From assembly GCA_043228905.1 (NCBI GenBank), contig JBHGNT010000012.1:1488001-1552000 (forward strand): 64,000 bases of DNA, read 5' to 3'. Numbering within the stretch: position 1 is the first letter of the stretch; the number at the start of each line of letters is the position of its first letter. The notes below the pieces were generated by a model. It saw only the letters and a program-made list of their open reading frames with translations. It was not told where the DNA came from and ran no database searches. This DNA comes from Azolla caroliniana. Lineage: Eukaryota > Plantae > Polypodiophyta. This document shows positions 46,712-60,697 of the stretch, one piece after another. The translations under genes were made by a program, and so were the position numbers.

Positions 46712-49593
46712 CTTACATAGCCGGGGATCATGGTTATGTAAAGATGGGTGATAGTGGAGAGTGCAAGATAACTGGATTTGGAAGTGTCAGCTTGATGATG
46801 TCGACAGGGTGTCGACTAACGTTGAAGGATGTTCGACACGTCCCCGATATCAGATTGAATCTGATATCGACTGGAAGACTTGACGACGAAGGCTACAGTG
46901 GTAGCTTTTGGAATGGCAAGTGGAAGTTCTGCCGAGGAAATCTTATAGTGGCCCGAGCACAAAAAGAAGGCACATTGTACATGATGCATGCCCGAGTGTG
47001 CAAATCGGAAGTAAATGTGGCAGTAAACTCGGCAGGTGAGATATGGCATAAGAGGCTAGGCCACATGAGTGAGAAGGGAATGCACTTGTTAGCTGACTAG
47101 AAACTTCTACCAAAAGTCAAGGGAGTGCACCTGGAGAAGTGTGTCGACTGCTTAGCCGGAAACCAGAACAGGGTGACATTCCACTCAAGACCACCGAGAA
47201 GAAGAGAAATTGCATTAGAACTAGTACACACGGATGTGTGCTATGTGGATGCTCCATCGCATCGAGGTGGACAGTACTTCGTGACATTCATTGACGACAA
47301 TAGTCGGAAGACATGGGCCTTTGTACTGAAGACGAAGGATCAAGTACTGTCATTTTTCAAGGAGTTCCAGGCAAGAGCTGAAAGAGAGTTGGGTCGGAAA
47401 CTGAAGGTTGTTCGAACCGACAACGGTGGCGAGTACAGAGGGCAGTTCGAGGAATGTTGCAAGTGCTAAGGTATTCGAATCGAATACACAGTGCCAAAGA
47501 CCCCAGAATTAAACGGGCTTGCAGAGAGGATGAATCGAACAATCATGGAGAGAGTAAGGAGCATGCTCTCCCATGCGAAACTGTCGAAATCCTATTGGAC
47601 TAAGGTGATGTACACAGCTGTTTACCTTATCAACATGTCTCCCTCGGTGCCATTAAAGGGTGATGTCCCACAGAGGGTGTGGATAGGGAAGGATGTCTCC
47701 TACCAACACCTGAGGGTGTTTGGATGTTTGGCATATATGCATGTACCAAAGGATCAGAGGTCAAAGCTCGACAACAAGTCGAAAGCATGCATATTCATGG
47801 GATACTCAGAAGATGAATTTGGATACAAGTTGTGGGACTTAGTCGACAAGAAGGTAGTAAGAAGTCGGGACGTCGTCTTTCTTGAAGATAAGACAATTGA
47901 AGACTAGAAGCAACAGAAGTCGGAACCGACTCCCCAGTCAACCTCGACAACCATCGACTTAAGGCCAAAAGTGTCATCACCGGCAGCTGTAAGGAGACAG
48001 CTGGCCGACAAAGTCGAATCCGAGTCGGTCGACTTGGAAAGACCGACAAACTGTGAGTCAGAGTCGGCAGATCTGCTGAAATCAATTGAGGAATATGAGT
48101 TGGAATTTTCCAACCTACAAATGCCAATTGATGAGCAGAATCCCGAACCGAGAGAAGAGTTGGCAGAGACATCCGAAAGAGAGCCAACAATGAGTGGAAG
48201 AAGATACCCACTCAGAGAAAGGAAAGCACTGACTACATATGCCAGTCAATACATCCTTTGACTGATGACGGTGAACCAGAGTGCTATAAAGAAGCCATTG
48301 CCGACAAGAGCAGAGAAAAATGGCTGAACACAATGGAAGAGGAGATAGAATCCTTGCACGCAAATTACACCTACAACCTAGTAGAGTTGCCGAAAGGTAA
48401 GAGAGCACTCAGGAATAAATGGATCTACAAGGTGAAGACTGGAGAAGTCGACAACGAGCTCATGTACAAAGCCCGCATAGTGGTAAAGGGTTTCCAACAG
48501 AGGAAGGGTGTCGACTTTGACAAAATATTTGCACTAGTCGTGAAGATGACATCCATACGAACTGTTCTGAGCATAGTGGCCAGTATGGACTTGGAGATCG
48601 AACAGTTGGATGTAAAAACCGCATTTCTGCACGGGGAGCTAGAGGAAGAAATCTACATGCAACAACCCGAAGGCTTTGAGGAGAAAGGGAAAGAGAATAT
48701 GGTGTGTCGATTGAGGAAAAGCTTGTACGGACTAAAACAAGCACCACACCAATGGTACAAGAAGTTCGAGTCCTTCATGATGGAACACCGGTTCCAGAAA
48801 ACACAGGCTGATCATTGTGTGTTTGTAAAAAGGTATGAAGAAGGAGACTTCTTGATTCTCTTATTATATGTTGATGACATGTTGATAGTCGGTCAAGACT
48901 CAAGGAAGATTGGAAGCTTGAAGAAAGCTCTCAGCAAATCATTTGCCATGAAAGCACTTGGACCGGCAAAGCAAATCCTAGGAATGCACATAGTTCGAGA
49001 TAGAACTCAAAAGGTGATGTGGTTATCACAACAGAAGTATGTGACGAAGATCTTAGAGAGATTCAACATGTCATACGCAAAGCCGGTCGGCTCAATGTTA
49101 CCGACAAACTGCAGGATAAATGCGAAGCAGTGCCCGAGAGGGGAGAAGGAGAAGGCCGAGATGAGGAAGGTATCATATGCCTCGGCCGTCGGCAGTCTAA
49201 TGTATGCTATGGTCTGTACGAGACCGGACATAACATTTTTTGTATGAGCAGTAAGCCGATATTTGAGTAATCCAGGCAGAGAGCACTAGGCAGTAGTGAA
49301 GTGGATACTCAGGTACCTGAAAGGCACCTCGGAGGTGTGCCTAAGGTATGGTGTCGAAAAACCTGTGCTGGAAGGTTTTACTAATTCGGGCATGTCAGGA
49401 GATGTTGACTCGAACTGATCCATGTCAGGGTACGTGATGACCTATGCAGAAGGAGCAGTGTCGTGGCAGTCACGACTGCAGAAGTCTGTAGCTTTATCAA
49501 CTACAGAGGCAAAGTATATGGCAACGGTAGAAGCCGTAAAAGAGCTTATCTGGATGAGAAATTTTCTCACCAAACTAGGCATGAAGTAAAAGG

Positions 49594-52500
49594 TGTCACG
49601 GACAAGTATAATAGAGTAGAACAAAGATAAGACTAGAGAACAAGAGAGAGTAAAAGAACAAGAACTCAACTTATAGAACCCGTAACTTGTGTTGTTCACC
49701 TTGATTAGAATCAAGGTGCACATGAGTATTTATACAAGAAGGTAGGGCTATGTAAGCCATCTAGAAATAGAGTATGCATGAGGATGCATGCAATAGAGTA
49801 CGCATGAGGATGCATGCAATAGAGAATGCATGAGGATGCATGCAAGCTAGAAAATGAGAATATATGCAAGCTAGGAACTTCCAATGTTCAATCTTCAACT
49901 ATATGAAGTTGAATTAAAAAGTGGTAGGGTTGCCCAATAGAGACCATGAGGTATTGGGTTCAATCCCTACCTTCTTTCGTGGCATATGTCTATGACATTA
50001 TCCTCCCTCTAAGGCCGCCTCCTAACACCCACGGTCGGTTTATGGGGGTATCATTGATGAAAAGCGTGAATTGCTCCGGTGCATTTTGTAAATGTGTAAT
50101 TGGTTCCCATGTGGCGTCCGAAAGAGGGTAACCTTTCCATAAGACCAAGTATTGAAGTCTCCCTCGACGCAAGCGAGAGTTGAGGATCCGGTCAACCTCA
50201 TACTCCTCACCTGTCGATAATTCCACGGGCGGCGGCGAAGGAGGTTGTTGTCCCGGAATGCGAGAAGGATGATAGAGTTTGAGGAGAGAGACGTGGAAAA
50301 CATTGTGAAGCCGAAACGTGGGGGGAAGCGATAACCGGAAGGCAACTGGGTTAATGCGCTCGAGGATACGGAAGGGGCCTAGCTTTTTGTAGTCGAGCTT
50401 CACGCAGGGACCGGTGGTTGCGATGTGCTGACGTAGCAACCAAACCATGTCACTGACTACAAAGGTCGGCATGACTAAGCGATGTTCGTTAGCGTGAGCT
50501 TTATACTGTTTGCTAGCGGCACGGAGCTCGAGGGCGAGGTCACGATGAACATCTTGTAAGGTGTGGGCATGCTTCTCAGCCGACGGATTGATGGATATCT
50601 CCGGAATGGAAATGTTGAACCGAGGGTGGAAACCGTAATTTGCAAAGAATGGAGAAACCTTAGTTGAGGCATGGATACTGTTATTGTAGGCAAAATCCGC
50701 CATGGCAAGGAGGTCCACCCAATCGTCTTGTTGGTAGCTAACTGTACACCAGAGGTATTGTTCGAGGTTTTGGTTGACTCTTTCAATTTGGCCATCCGTT
50801 TGAGGGTGGTGCGCGGTTGACAAGTTCACAGAAGTCCCAAATGTCTGTAGAAGTCAGCGCCAAAATGGGAGATAAATTGAGGACCTCGATCAGAAGTGAC
50901 ATCCTCAGGCAAACCGTGTAAGCGGACGGCATTTTTCAGAAAAAGGGTAGTTGTCTCCTCCCCCGAAATGGTTTTCGAACATGGGACAAAGTGAGCCATC
51001 TTCGAAAACCAATCGACGACCACTAGCACCGTGTCATGGTCACCGACTCGAGGAAGGTATGTGATAAATTCCATGGAGAGAGAAGCCCAAGGTCGACTGG
51101 GGATTGTAAGTGGGTGTAGAAGGCCGTATGGACGATGGTGAGTCGCTTTGGAGCGAGCACAGATGTCACAAGTTTTGATAAATTCTTTGACCAATTTCCA
51201 AGGTTGAGGCCACCAAAACCCCCGAAAAAGCAATGCCAGTGTTTTGGCGACCCCAAAGTGTCCAACAAGAGGATCATCATGGCAAGTTTGTAGAACTCGG
51301 AGGCGACATGGGCCAGCTAGTACGTAAAGGAGGTGATTACGATAGAGTAGCCCATCCTGAGTTGTAAAGTGACTGAGATCCAAGCTTTGCCTTTCCTGGG
51401 ATGGGTTGTTGAGGCGTGCCATCATGTCAGTAGTGAAAGGGTCCAACGTGGTTGCTTGGGCAATCTCGTTGAGCAAGGAATCATCGTGCAACATATAGGT
51501 TGCGAACATGTGGATTTGATCGGGCCGCAATAAACAATGTGATTGTTGAGAATAAGCGTCGTCACTTGGGCGCAATACGAAATCGGGTCGACGAGAGAGA
51601 GCATCTGCTTTCCCATGTTGAACGCCGGGTCGAAACAAGATTTCGAAGTCGTAGTCGGCAAGAAAAGATGACCAACGAGCCTGCCTCCGATTCAACATAC
51701 GAGTGGTGGTGAAGTAGATGAGATTCTTGTGGTCGGTCACCACCTGAATACAATGTTGCGCCCCAGCCAGATAGGGTCGTCATTCAGTGAAGGCCGAGAT
51801 GATAGCCGCAAGCTCCTTGTCGTAGATCAGATAATTGATTTCCGGGGCTGTAAACTTTCGAGAGTAGAAGGAGATCGGATGTAGGGTGCCGTCATCATTG
51901 GGCTGGGACAAGACCACACCTATGGCAAAGTCGGAGGCGTCGGTTTCAACCTGGAAAGGGCAGGTGGTGTTGGGGTGGACTAATAGGGGGGCGGAGAGAA
52001 ATGTTGCTTTGAGGGCATTAAAAGCATTGTGTGCTGCGGGGGTCCAAAGAAATGGAGTATCTTTCTGGGTAAGTTGGATGACATGTTGGACTAGGGAAGA
52101 GAACCCGTCTATAAATCGTCTATAAAAATTTGCAAAACCAAGAAACTATTGTACCTCTTTTAACTGAGTCGGAAGAGACCAATCAGTGATTGTCGCGACC
52201 TTGCGTTCATCCATTGTGATCCCGGTAGGTGAGATCATGTAACCCAGGAATTCGATAGAGGTCCGATCAAATTCACATTTCTCACTTTTGGCAAAGAGCC
52301 CATATTCTCGGAGTTTGGTGAGAACTAGTCGGACGTGGTGTGTGTGCTCCTCCAAGTTGGAAGAAAAAACTAGGATGTCGTTAAGGTAGATGACCACGAA
52401 ATGATCGAGATACTCTCGAAAAATATCATTCATCATGTGCTGGAAAACGGCTAGAGCATTGGTAAGGCCGAAAGACATCATTTTGTACTCGAAATGTCCA

Positions 52501-54960
52501 TAGCGCGTCCGAAAAGTCGTTTTCCACTCGTCCCCAGGCTTAATGTGCACCAAATTGTAGGCGCCCCGAAGGTCGATTTTGGAGAAGATATGCCCCGTTC
52601 GGAGTCGATCAAGGAGCGCTAGAATTAAGGGCAGGGGGTAACGATTACGTACTGTAACTTTGTTGAGACCTCGATAATCCACACATAAGCGTAAGGAGCC
52701 GTCCTTTTTTTGACAAATAAGATTGGTGCCCCAGTTGGTGATTTGGAGGGTTGAATGAATCCCTTCGTGAGATTCTCAGCCAAAAATGTGCGGAGAGCCT
52801 CAAGTTCGGGTTCGGATAACCCAGAGATAGGACCGAATGGGGGATGCTCGCCAGGTTGGAGATCGATTGGGCAATCGTAGGGACGATGAGCTGGTAACCG
52901 ATTGGCATTTCGCTTTTCGATGATGTCGGAAAAGTCGTTATATTGGATGGGTAAATTGGTGACAGGAACGGTGACGTTTCCCGACACAACGGCTAGTGTA
53001 GCGACCAAACCGGACTCGACCGTAACAGAATTAAGAGAGTGTCGTGACCAAGCAGGAATTGGCATTCTTGGAAAAGTGATGGAGTGCTACACCAATCCAC
53101 CATCGGATTGTGTGTCTCCAACCAAGATAGCCCCAACACAATCGCATGTCGGGGAGTCACGATGAGGTAGAAAGTCAGTTCCTCCTGGTGTGCCCCGATT
53201 TGAAGTGCCAACGGGATAGTGGCTTCGGTAACCGCCCCCGACGAGAGAACCCGGACGTCGATCGCTTCAACGGATATGGGTTGTGATGTGCGGACGGTGG
53301 GGATATGATGTGCGCATACAAACGATTTATCGATAAAGCAAGTAGATGCTCCGAAGTCGAGCAAGGCATGAGAATGTATTGAAGTCGAACCAAAACAAAG
53401 ACTTACTTGCAAAGAAAACCCTCCTAATGGTGGTATGGATTTGTAGGAGCATGGAGAAGGTGAGTAACGGGAAGCGTCCAACGGCATGGCTCCTACTGCA
53501 GCCAGACTTGGTTGTTTTCTTGTTGTTGAGGAACCTCCGCAAGACGTCCACGATGGAATTGGTGTCGAGGGCCTCACACAGGACAGTGGCGGATGACATG
53601 GCCAGGGTTGCCACAATAGAGACAAAGTCCATTGTCCCGACGATGTTGGCATTGGGCTTCAGTTAGTGGTTGGAACTGAGCATGGTTGATCTCCATCGGG
53701 GTATGGGAATCGACCTCCATTGTGGTATGGGTTTCACTGACTGATGGTAAGGTTGGTGTGGGCGACAAGTAGGGCCTGGCAATTGTTGTGTTCCGAGAAG
53801 AAGCTTGAGATTCGCGAGTCCCCTGTTCTTCTTGACAAAGTTCAAAAAGACAATTGTCACACTAGACAACTTGGGAGATTACTTGAGACAATGATGTGGG
53901 CTCCGAGAAGTTTAAGAGAAGAGTCTTGACATCATTTCGGAGACCGCGACGGAAATGGTCGCATAGGGCTTGGTCATCCCAACTAACATCGCAGGCAATC
54001 TAGCGTAACTCTGAGGCGTAGACCGAGGCAGGACATGAGCCTTGTTGGATAGAATAAAGCTTTGTGAGTGTCGTTCGTCGCCGATTTGTCTCGCCAAATG
54101 TCGCTTCGAGCTCCTCAATGAAATCGGTGAAGTCCTCCAAGAAAGGGGATGAGGTCTCGATGAAGGGTGTAAACCACACTTGCGCCGGCCCAGAGAGAAA
54201 CGTGCCGACAAGCCCAACCCGAGAAAAGTTGCTAGCATACCGTTGGGGCAGTAATCGGATGATAAGCCAAATTTGGTTGATGAAGTTGCGAAGATACGTC
54301 CTCGTGCCGTTGAATTTGTCGGGTAGGCTGATGGTTGGTTCGAGGACATATGGATGAGAAGAGGACGTGGTCGGGCTAGGTATCGACGGTGGTTGTGACT
54401 CAACGGCTAGTGGATTTCTTGAAGTGCCGGATTGCAACTCTCGTAATGATTCCCGAAGGATTTCATTCTCTAGCTGAAGTTGTTGCAAGGCTGCCATGAT
54501 TTGGTTTAGGTTGTCGATGGAGTCGGACATGGTAGCAAGAAAAAGAAGGCGAACAAACTGTCACGAACAAGTATAATAGAGTAGAACAAAGATAAGACTA
54601 GAGAACAAGAGAGAGTAAAAGAACAAGAACTCAACTTATAGAACCTGTAACTTGTGTTGTTCACCTTGATTAGAATCAAGGTGCACATGAGTATTTATAC
54701 AAGAAGGTAGGGCTATGTAAGCCAGCTAGAAATAGAGTATGCATGAGGATGCATGCAATAGAGTACGCATGAGGATGCATGCAATAGAGAATGCATGAGG
54801 ATGCATGCAAGCTAGGAACTTCCAATGTTCAAACATCAACTATATGAAGTTGAATTAGATACAAGGATGCATATGTAGCTCAAGTGGTACGGTTGCCCAA
54901 TAGAGACCATGAGGTATTGGGTTCAATCCCTACCTTCTTTCGTGGCATATGTCTAAGACA
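49594..54960 (-). mobile_element. Older Ty3/Gypsy chromovirus 2 (Tcn1/Tf1-like, self-priming, degenerate) in the RNase H of Copia E
   Basis: LTRs 49594-49997 and 54559-54960, TSD AAAGG/AAAAG, PPT 49998-50012. Fragmented gag (from 54530), PR, RT, RH, IN and chromodomain (EEYEVDRILNSR). Confidence 0.93.
54876..54934 (+). promoter_or_regulatory. tRNA-derived A-box/B-box segment inside the chromovirus 2 LTR
   Basis: TAGCTCAAGTGGTA ... GAGGTATTGGGTTCAATCCC with tRNA-like 45-nt T8-to-G53 spacing. The copy in the other LTR has partly lost the A box. Confidence 0.6.
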
Positions 54961-55284
54961 AAAAGAGTTCTTGCTTCATTGTGATAGCCAAAGCGCCATA
55001 CACCTAGCCAAGAACACGACATACCACTCCCAGACCAAGCACATACAGAGAAGGTATCACTGAAGATGGAGAGTTTGCTCTTGTGAAGATCCATACTGAC
55101 GACAATGGATCTGACATGCTGACAAAGAACCTACCTATGGACAGACTCAGAGTCTATCGACAAAATATAGGACTGATAGATTTCCTCCCACAGGAGTGAA
55201 GGGGGAGTTTGTTGGGAATATGTCCCTCCAGTGGGAGGAAGAGCCGACTGTCGAAGGGTCGAAAACACTGTTATTATTATTATG

Positions 55285-58200
55285 TGTTGGGATTACGGTC
55301 CCTCCGGATGGGATGGTCAGATGTCCGGGAATCGGGAATGAAGACCCGAATGAGGAGTACCCGGTATCGGAACCGGATGATGAAGATCCGGTTTCGGATC
55401 CGGATGATGAAGACCCCGGCTACGGAGCCGGATGACGAATGTACCCGGAGAGAGATCCGGATGGGGGGACATGTTTGTGAATATGTTTGCCAAGGGCCCT
55501 CGAGGCTATATTTGTAAATAGCCCGAAAGTCATATGTGTATAAATATGACTTAGGGCAAACAGTTTTGTGGTTTTTTTTATTGTTGCTCATTCTTCTGTT
55601 TTCCACTTAGAGGGAGCGAAGTGAGAGCAGCCGAGAGAGAGAGTGAGAGAGAGAGAGAGAAAGGAAGAGGTCGACGCCTCTGTGTAATACCGCCGCCTGT
55701 GGCGAGGACAACGAGCTCAAGGTCGTCGCCTTGCAGCTCGCCATTGTACATTCGCTGCGTATAGTGATAGTTGGAGTCTTGCACTCCCGTGGTTTTTCCC
55801 GTCTAGGGTTTTCCACGCTAAACCCTGTGCATTCGAGTCTCTCTCTGTGTTTTTTTGATTTTCTGCTGCATTGATTCGTGTTTCCTCAGTTTGTGGCCGA
55901 GAGGTGAAGGTTTTTGAAAGCGTCAATTCCTAACAATCTGGTATCAGAGCGACTGCAGTGCAGAAAATGGAAGGCGGCAGCAGCGGGCAGCCGGGGATGA
56001 TGGTGCTGAATGCGCAGAATTACGCCGACTGGAAGATAAAGATGGAGGATCTGCTCATTGTTCGGGACCTGTATGAACCGATCGACAGGTAGGAAATACC
56101 CAAGGGGGTACTTGAGACGGAATGGAGGCTTCTGAACCGGAAAGCCGTTGCAACCATTCGGCAATACGTCGACGTGAGCGTTCTACAACATGTGGCGAAC
56201 GACACCAACGCATATGAGATGTGGCAGAAGCTGTCGGGCCTCTACGAGAGGAAGAATGCGTTGAACCGGACCTCCCTGATGAGGAAGATAGTGAACCTCA
56301 AGTACCGAGACGGCGAGAGTATGGTGGAACACGTAAGCACGTTCATGGGATTCGTGAACCAGCTTGCGGCGATCAAGTTCCCGTTGGAGGATGCAATGCA
56401 AGCCATCATGCTGATGTGTACATTGCCGAAAAGCTGGGAGAACTTGGTGGTGACTCTCAGCACCTCCTGCACCGAAGATAACTTGTCCCTACAAACGGTA
56501 AAGACAAGCATTTTGAACGAAGAAGCGCGTCAGAGAGATAAAGAACCGGCCTCCGATCCGAAGATGCTGCTTACCGAATCGGATCGGGGAAGACAACGGA
56601 ACCGGAGTCCGCAAAGACGGGAGAAGTCGGGGACCCGGTCGCAGTCAAGAGGAAGGCCCACATGCTTCCACTGTGGGAAGCCGGGGCACTTACGAAAGAA
56701 TTGTCGGCATTACCGAAAAGACAACGGAGCCGACGACACCGATTCGAAGAAGTCTTCGGAACGGAACGGTGCTTACTGGGGAGCCACAGACCAGAATGGT
56801 TCGGATCGGCGAGGGCAGGACCGGAAAGGAACGACGGCACTCGCGGCAAGTGAAGAGGAGATCATGCTCATCACCGAAGAAGGTGAACTAAACATTGCCG
56901 GCGATGAGACTACCTGGGTGGTCGATTCCGGAGCGTCGTTCCACCTGACCCCGGAAAGAAGATACTTCTCATCCTACACAGCCGGTGAGCATGGCTGTGT
57001 TCGGATGGGAAATGAAGGTACGTGCCGGATTGCCGGCATAGGAGACGTGTGGTTGACAACCTCGACCGGATGCATAATGTTGCTGAAGGATGTCTGACAC
57101 GTTCCGGAGGTTCGATTGAACCTGATTTCTGCCGGGAGGCTAGACGATGAAGGCTACACGGGTAGCATCCGGAACTGCGTAATGAAGTTCAGCAAGGGGA
57201 GCCTGATAGTGGCTCGGGCCCGGAAAGTCAACACACTGTACCTTATGAATGCCTGGTTGTGTCCGGAGGAGTTGAACGTGGCAGCCGACACTGCCGGTGA
57301 GCTGTGGCACAAGAGACTGTGCCACATGAGTGAGAAGGGGATGAAGAGGCTTGCAGAAGACAACCTTATTCCAGTGAAGCATGTGCACCTGGAGAAGTGC
57401 ACCGATTTCCTGGCCGGTAAGCAGAACCGAACCTCCTTCCACTCAAGGCCACCGACGAGACGTAGCGCACCATTGGAGTTGGTGCACACTGACGTGTGTC
57501 AAGTAGAAACGAAGTCACATGGCGGAGCCCAGTACTTCGTGACATTCATTGATGACCACAGCCGGAAGCTGTGGACGGCACCGTTGAAGACAAAGGACCA
57601 AGTGTTGTGCGTCTTCAAAGAACTCCACGCGAGAGTGGAAAGGGAATCCGGCAAGAAGCTGAAAGCGATACGAGCGGATAACGGAGGGGAATACCGGGGG
57701 CAGTTCGAGGAGTACTGTCGCTCGAAGGGAATCCGGCTCGAGTTTACTGTGCCGAAGACGCCGAATCTGAACGGGCTGGCCGAGAGGATGAACCGGACCA
57801 TAATGGAGAGGGTCCGGAGTATGCTGGCGCATGCGAAATTACCCAAGGGGTTTTGGGCTGAGGCAATGTCGACGGCGACATACGTGATAAACAGATCACC
57901 CTCAGTACCTTTGGACGGAGACACGCCGCAGAAAGTGTGGACCGGTAAGGAAGTATCCTACCGGCATCTGAAGGTGTTCGGGTGTCTCGCATATGTGCAT
58001 GTGGCAAAGGACCGGAGAGGAAAGCTAGATCCAAAGACCCGGCCATGCATATTCCTCGGTTACGGCGATGACGAGTTCGGCTACCGAGTATGGGACCCGG
58101 TCGACAAAAAGATATTCTGGAGTCGTGATATCATCTTCATGGAGGACAAGACACTCGCCGACTGGGAGTCGGAGAAGAAGATGAAGAGCTCCAAGTCGAC

Positions 58201-60697
58201 CGGTGAGGATCAACTCTACGAGGAGCAGTCCCGACCGGCAAAGGACCGGTTAGCACTCGAGGATCCGGCCGAAGACGGTGAAGAAACAGAACCGGCCGAG
58301 GAAGATGAAACTGATACCGGAACCGGCCCCGATCCCGAAATGGATTCGGATGAAGAGGAAACGGAGGAGCCGGTTACCGAAGCTCCGGAACGGAGATATC
58401 CTCTAAGAGAGAGAAGGGCCCCCCGGAGATTTCCGGAACCAGAGCACGTGCTGCTAACCGACGAGGGGGAGCCGGAGAGTTTTGAAAAAGCAAAGCTTGA
58501 CACCCATAGCCGCAGGTGGTTAAGTGCCATGCAGGAGGAGATGGATTCCCTGCATGAGAACCACACATATGAACTTGTGGAGCTGCCGAAAGGAAAGCGG
58601 GCACTTCGAAACAAGTGGGTGTTCAAGCTGAAACCGGGAGATGCCGGAAACCCCCCGAGATACAAAGCCAGGATCGTGGTGAAGGGGTTCCAGCAGAAGA
58701 AGGGCGTCGACTTCGACGAGATATTTGCCCCGGTAGTGAAGATGACCTCCATCCGGACGGTGCTGAGCATTGCGGCAAGCATGGACCTCGAGGTAGAACA
58801 GATGGACGTGAAGACGGCATTCCTTCACGGTGACCTCGAAGAAGAGATCTACATGCAGCAACCGGAAGGATTCGAGAAGAAAGGGAAGGAGCACCGGGTA
58901 TGCCGGTTGAAGAAGAGCCTTTACGGACTGAAGCAGGCTCCCCGGCAATGGTACCGGAAGTTCGACTCTTTCATGACCGACGAAGGGTACCACAAAACGC
59001 AGTCCGATCACTGCGTGTTTGTGAAGAAGTTCGAAGGAGGAGACTTTCTAATACTCCTCCTGTACGTGGACGACATGTTGATCGTCGGACGGGACCAGGT
59101 CAAGATACGGATGCTGAAGAAAGCGCTTCACCGAACCTTCTCAATGAAGGACCTGGGTCCGGCGAGGCAAATACTAGGGATGCACATCATCCGGGACCGG
59201 AAGAAGAAGCAGTTGTGGCTGTCACAGGAGAAGTACGTGACAAAGGTGCTTCACCGGTTCAACATGTCGGAAGCAAGACCGGTCGGGTCAACCCTCCCGG
59301 CAAACTGCAAGTTGTCCAGCAAGCAAAGCCCCAAGACAAAGGCTGAGAAGGAGGACATGATGAAAGTACCATATGCCTCTGCCGTCGGAAGCTTGATGTA
59401 CGCAATGGTGTGTACAAGACCGGACATAGGATATGCAGTCGGAGTGGTGAGCCGGTACATGAGCAATCCCGGCAAAGAGCACTGGAACGCGGCCAAGTGG
59501 ATACTCCGATACTTGAAGGGCACGGCAAACGTGTGCCTCCGATTCGGTTCCGGTAAGCCCGAACTCGACGGCTTTACCGATTCGGATATGTCGGCTGATG
59601 CAGATACCAGCCGGTCCACATCAGGGTATGTGATGACGTATGCAGGGGGAGCTGTTTCGTGGCAGTCGAGGCTGCAGAAGACGGTTGCGTTGTCAACCAC
59701 GGAGGCGAAGTACATGGCGGCTGTTGAAGCCGGCAAGGAAATAATATGGATGAAGGACTTCATTAGAGAGCTCGGTATCCGGCAGGAGGAGTACCGACTC
59801 TACTGCGACAGTCAGAGTGCCATCCACCTTGCGAAGAACGCGGCCTATCACTCCCGGACGAAGCACATCCATCGAAGATATCACTGGATCCGGGAAAGGA
59901 TAGAAGACCAGGAGTTCGTGCTGACGAAGATCCACACGGACGAGAACGGGTCAGATATGCTGACCAAAGTGCTCACACCCGACAAGCTCGAAGCGTGCCG
60001 GAAGAGGGTCGGACTGGAAAGACATCCCATGCCGAAGTGAAGGGGGAGTTTGTTGGGATTACGGTCCCTCCGGATGGGATGGTCAGATGTCCGGGAATCG
60101 GGAATGAAGACCCGAATGAGGAGTACCCGGTATCGGAACCGGATGATGAAGACCCGGTTTCGGATCCGGATGATGAAGACCCCGGCTACGGAGCCGGATG
60201 ACGAATGTACCCGGAGAGAGATCCGGATGCGGGGACATGTTTGTGAATATGTTTGCCAAGGGCCCTCGAGGCTATATTTGTAAATAGCCCGAAAGTCATA
60301 TGTGTATAAATATGACTTAGGGCAAACAGTTTTGTGGTTTTTTTTATTGTTGCTCATTCTTCTGTTTTCCACTTAGAGGGAGCGAAGTGAGAGCAGCCGA
60401 GAGAGAGAGTGAGAGAGAGAGAAAGGAAGAGGTCGACGCCTCTGTGTAATACCGCCGCCTGTGGCGAGGACAGCGAGCTCAAGGTCGTCGCCTTGCAGCT
60501 CGCCATTGTACATTCCCTGCGTATAGTGATAGTTGGAGTCTTGCACTCCCGTGGTTTTTCCCGTCTAGGGTTTTCCACGCTAAACCCTGTGCATTCGAGT
60601 CTCTCTCTGTGTTTTTTTTATTTTCTGCTGCATTGATTCGTGTTTCCTCGGTTTGTGGCCGAGAGGTGAAGGTTTTTGAAAGCGTCAATTCCTAACA
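55285..60697 (+). mobile_element. Near-intact Ty1/Copia element F (Tork/Tnt1-like), inserted in the 3' LTR of Copia E
   Basis: LTRs 55285-55935 and 60051-60697 (~5 substitutions plus a GA-repeat length difference), TSD TTATG, PBS 55939-55950, PPT 60039-60050. Confidence 0.96.
55967..60040 (+). pseudogene. Copia F gag-pol polyprotein with two in-frame stops (~56090 TAG, 57095 TGA)
   Basis: Single frame: MEGGSSG..NYADWKIKMEDLL, CFHCGKPGHLRKNC, WVVDSGAS, IN, RT YVDD and RH. Confidence 0.92.
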
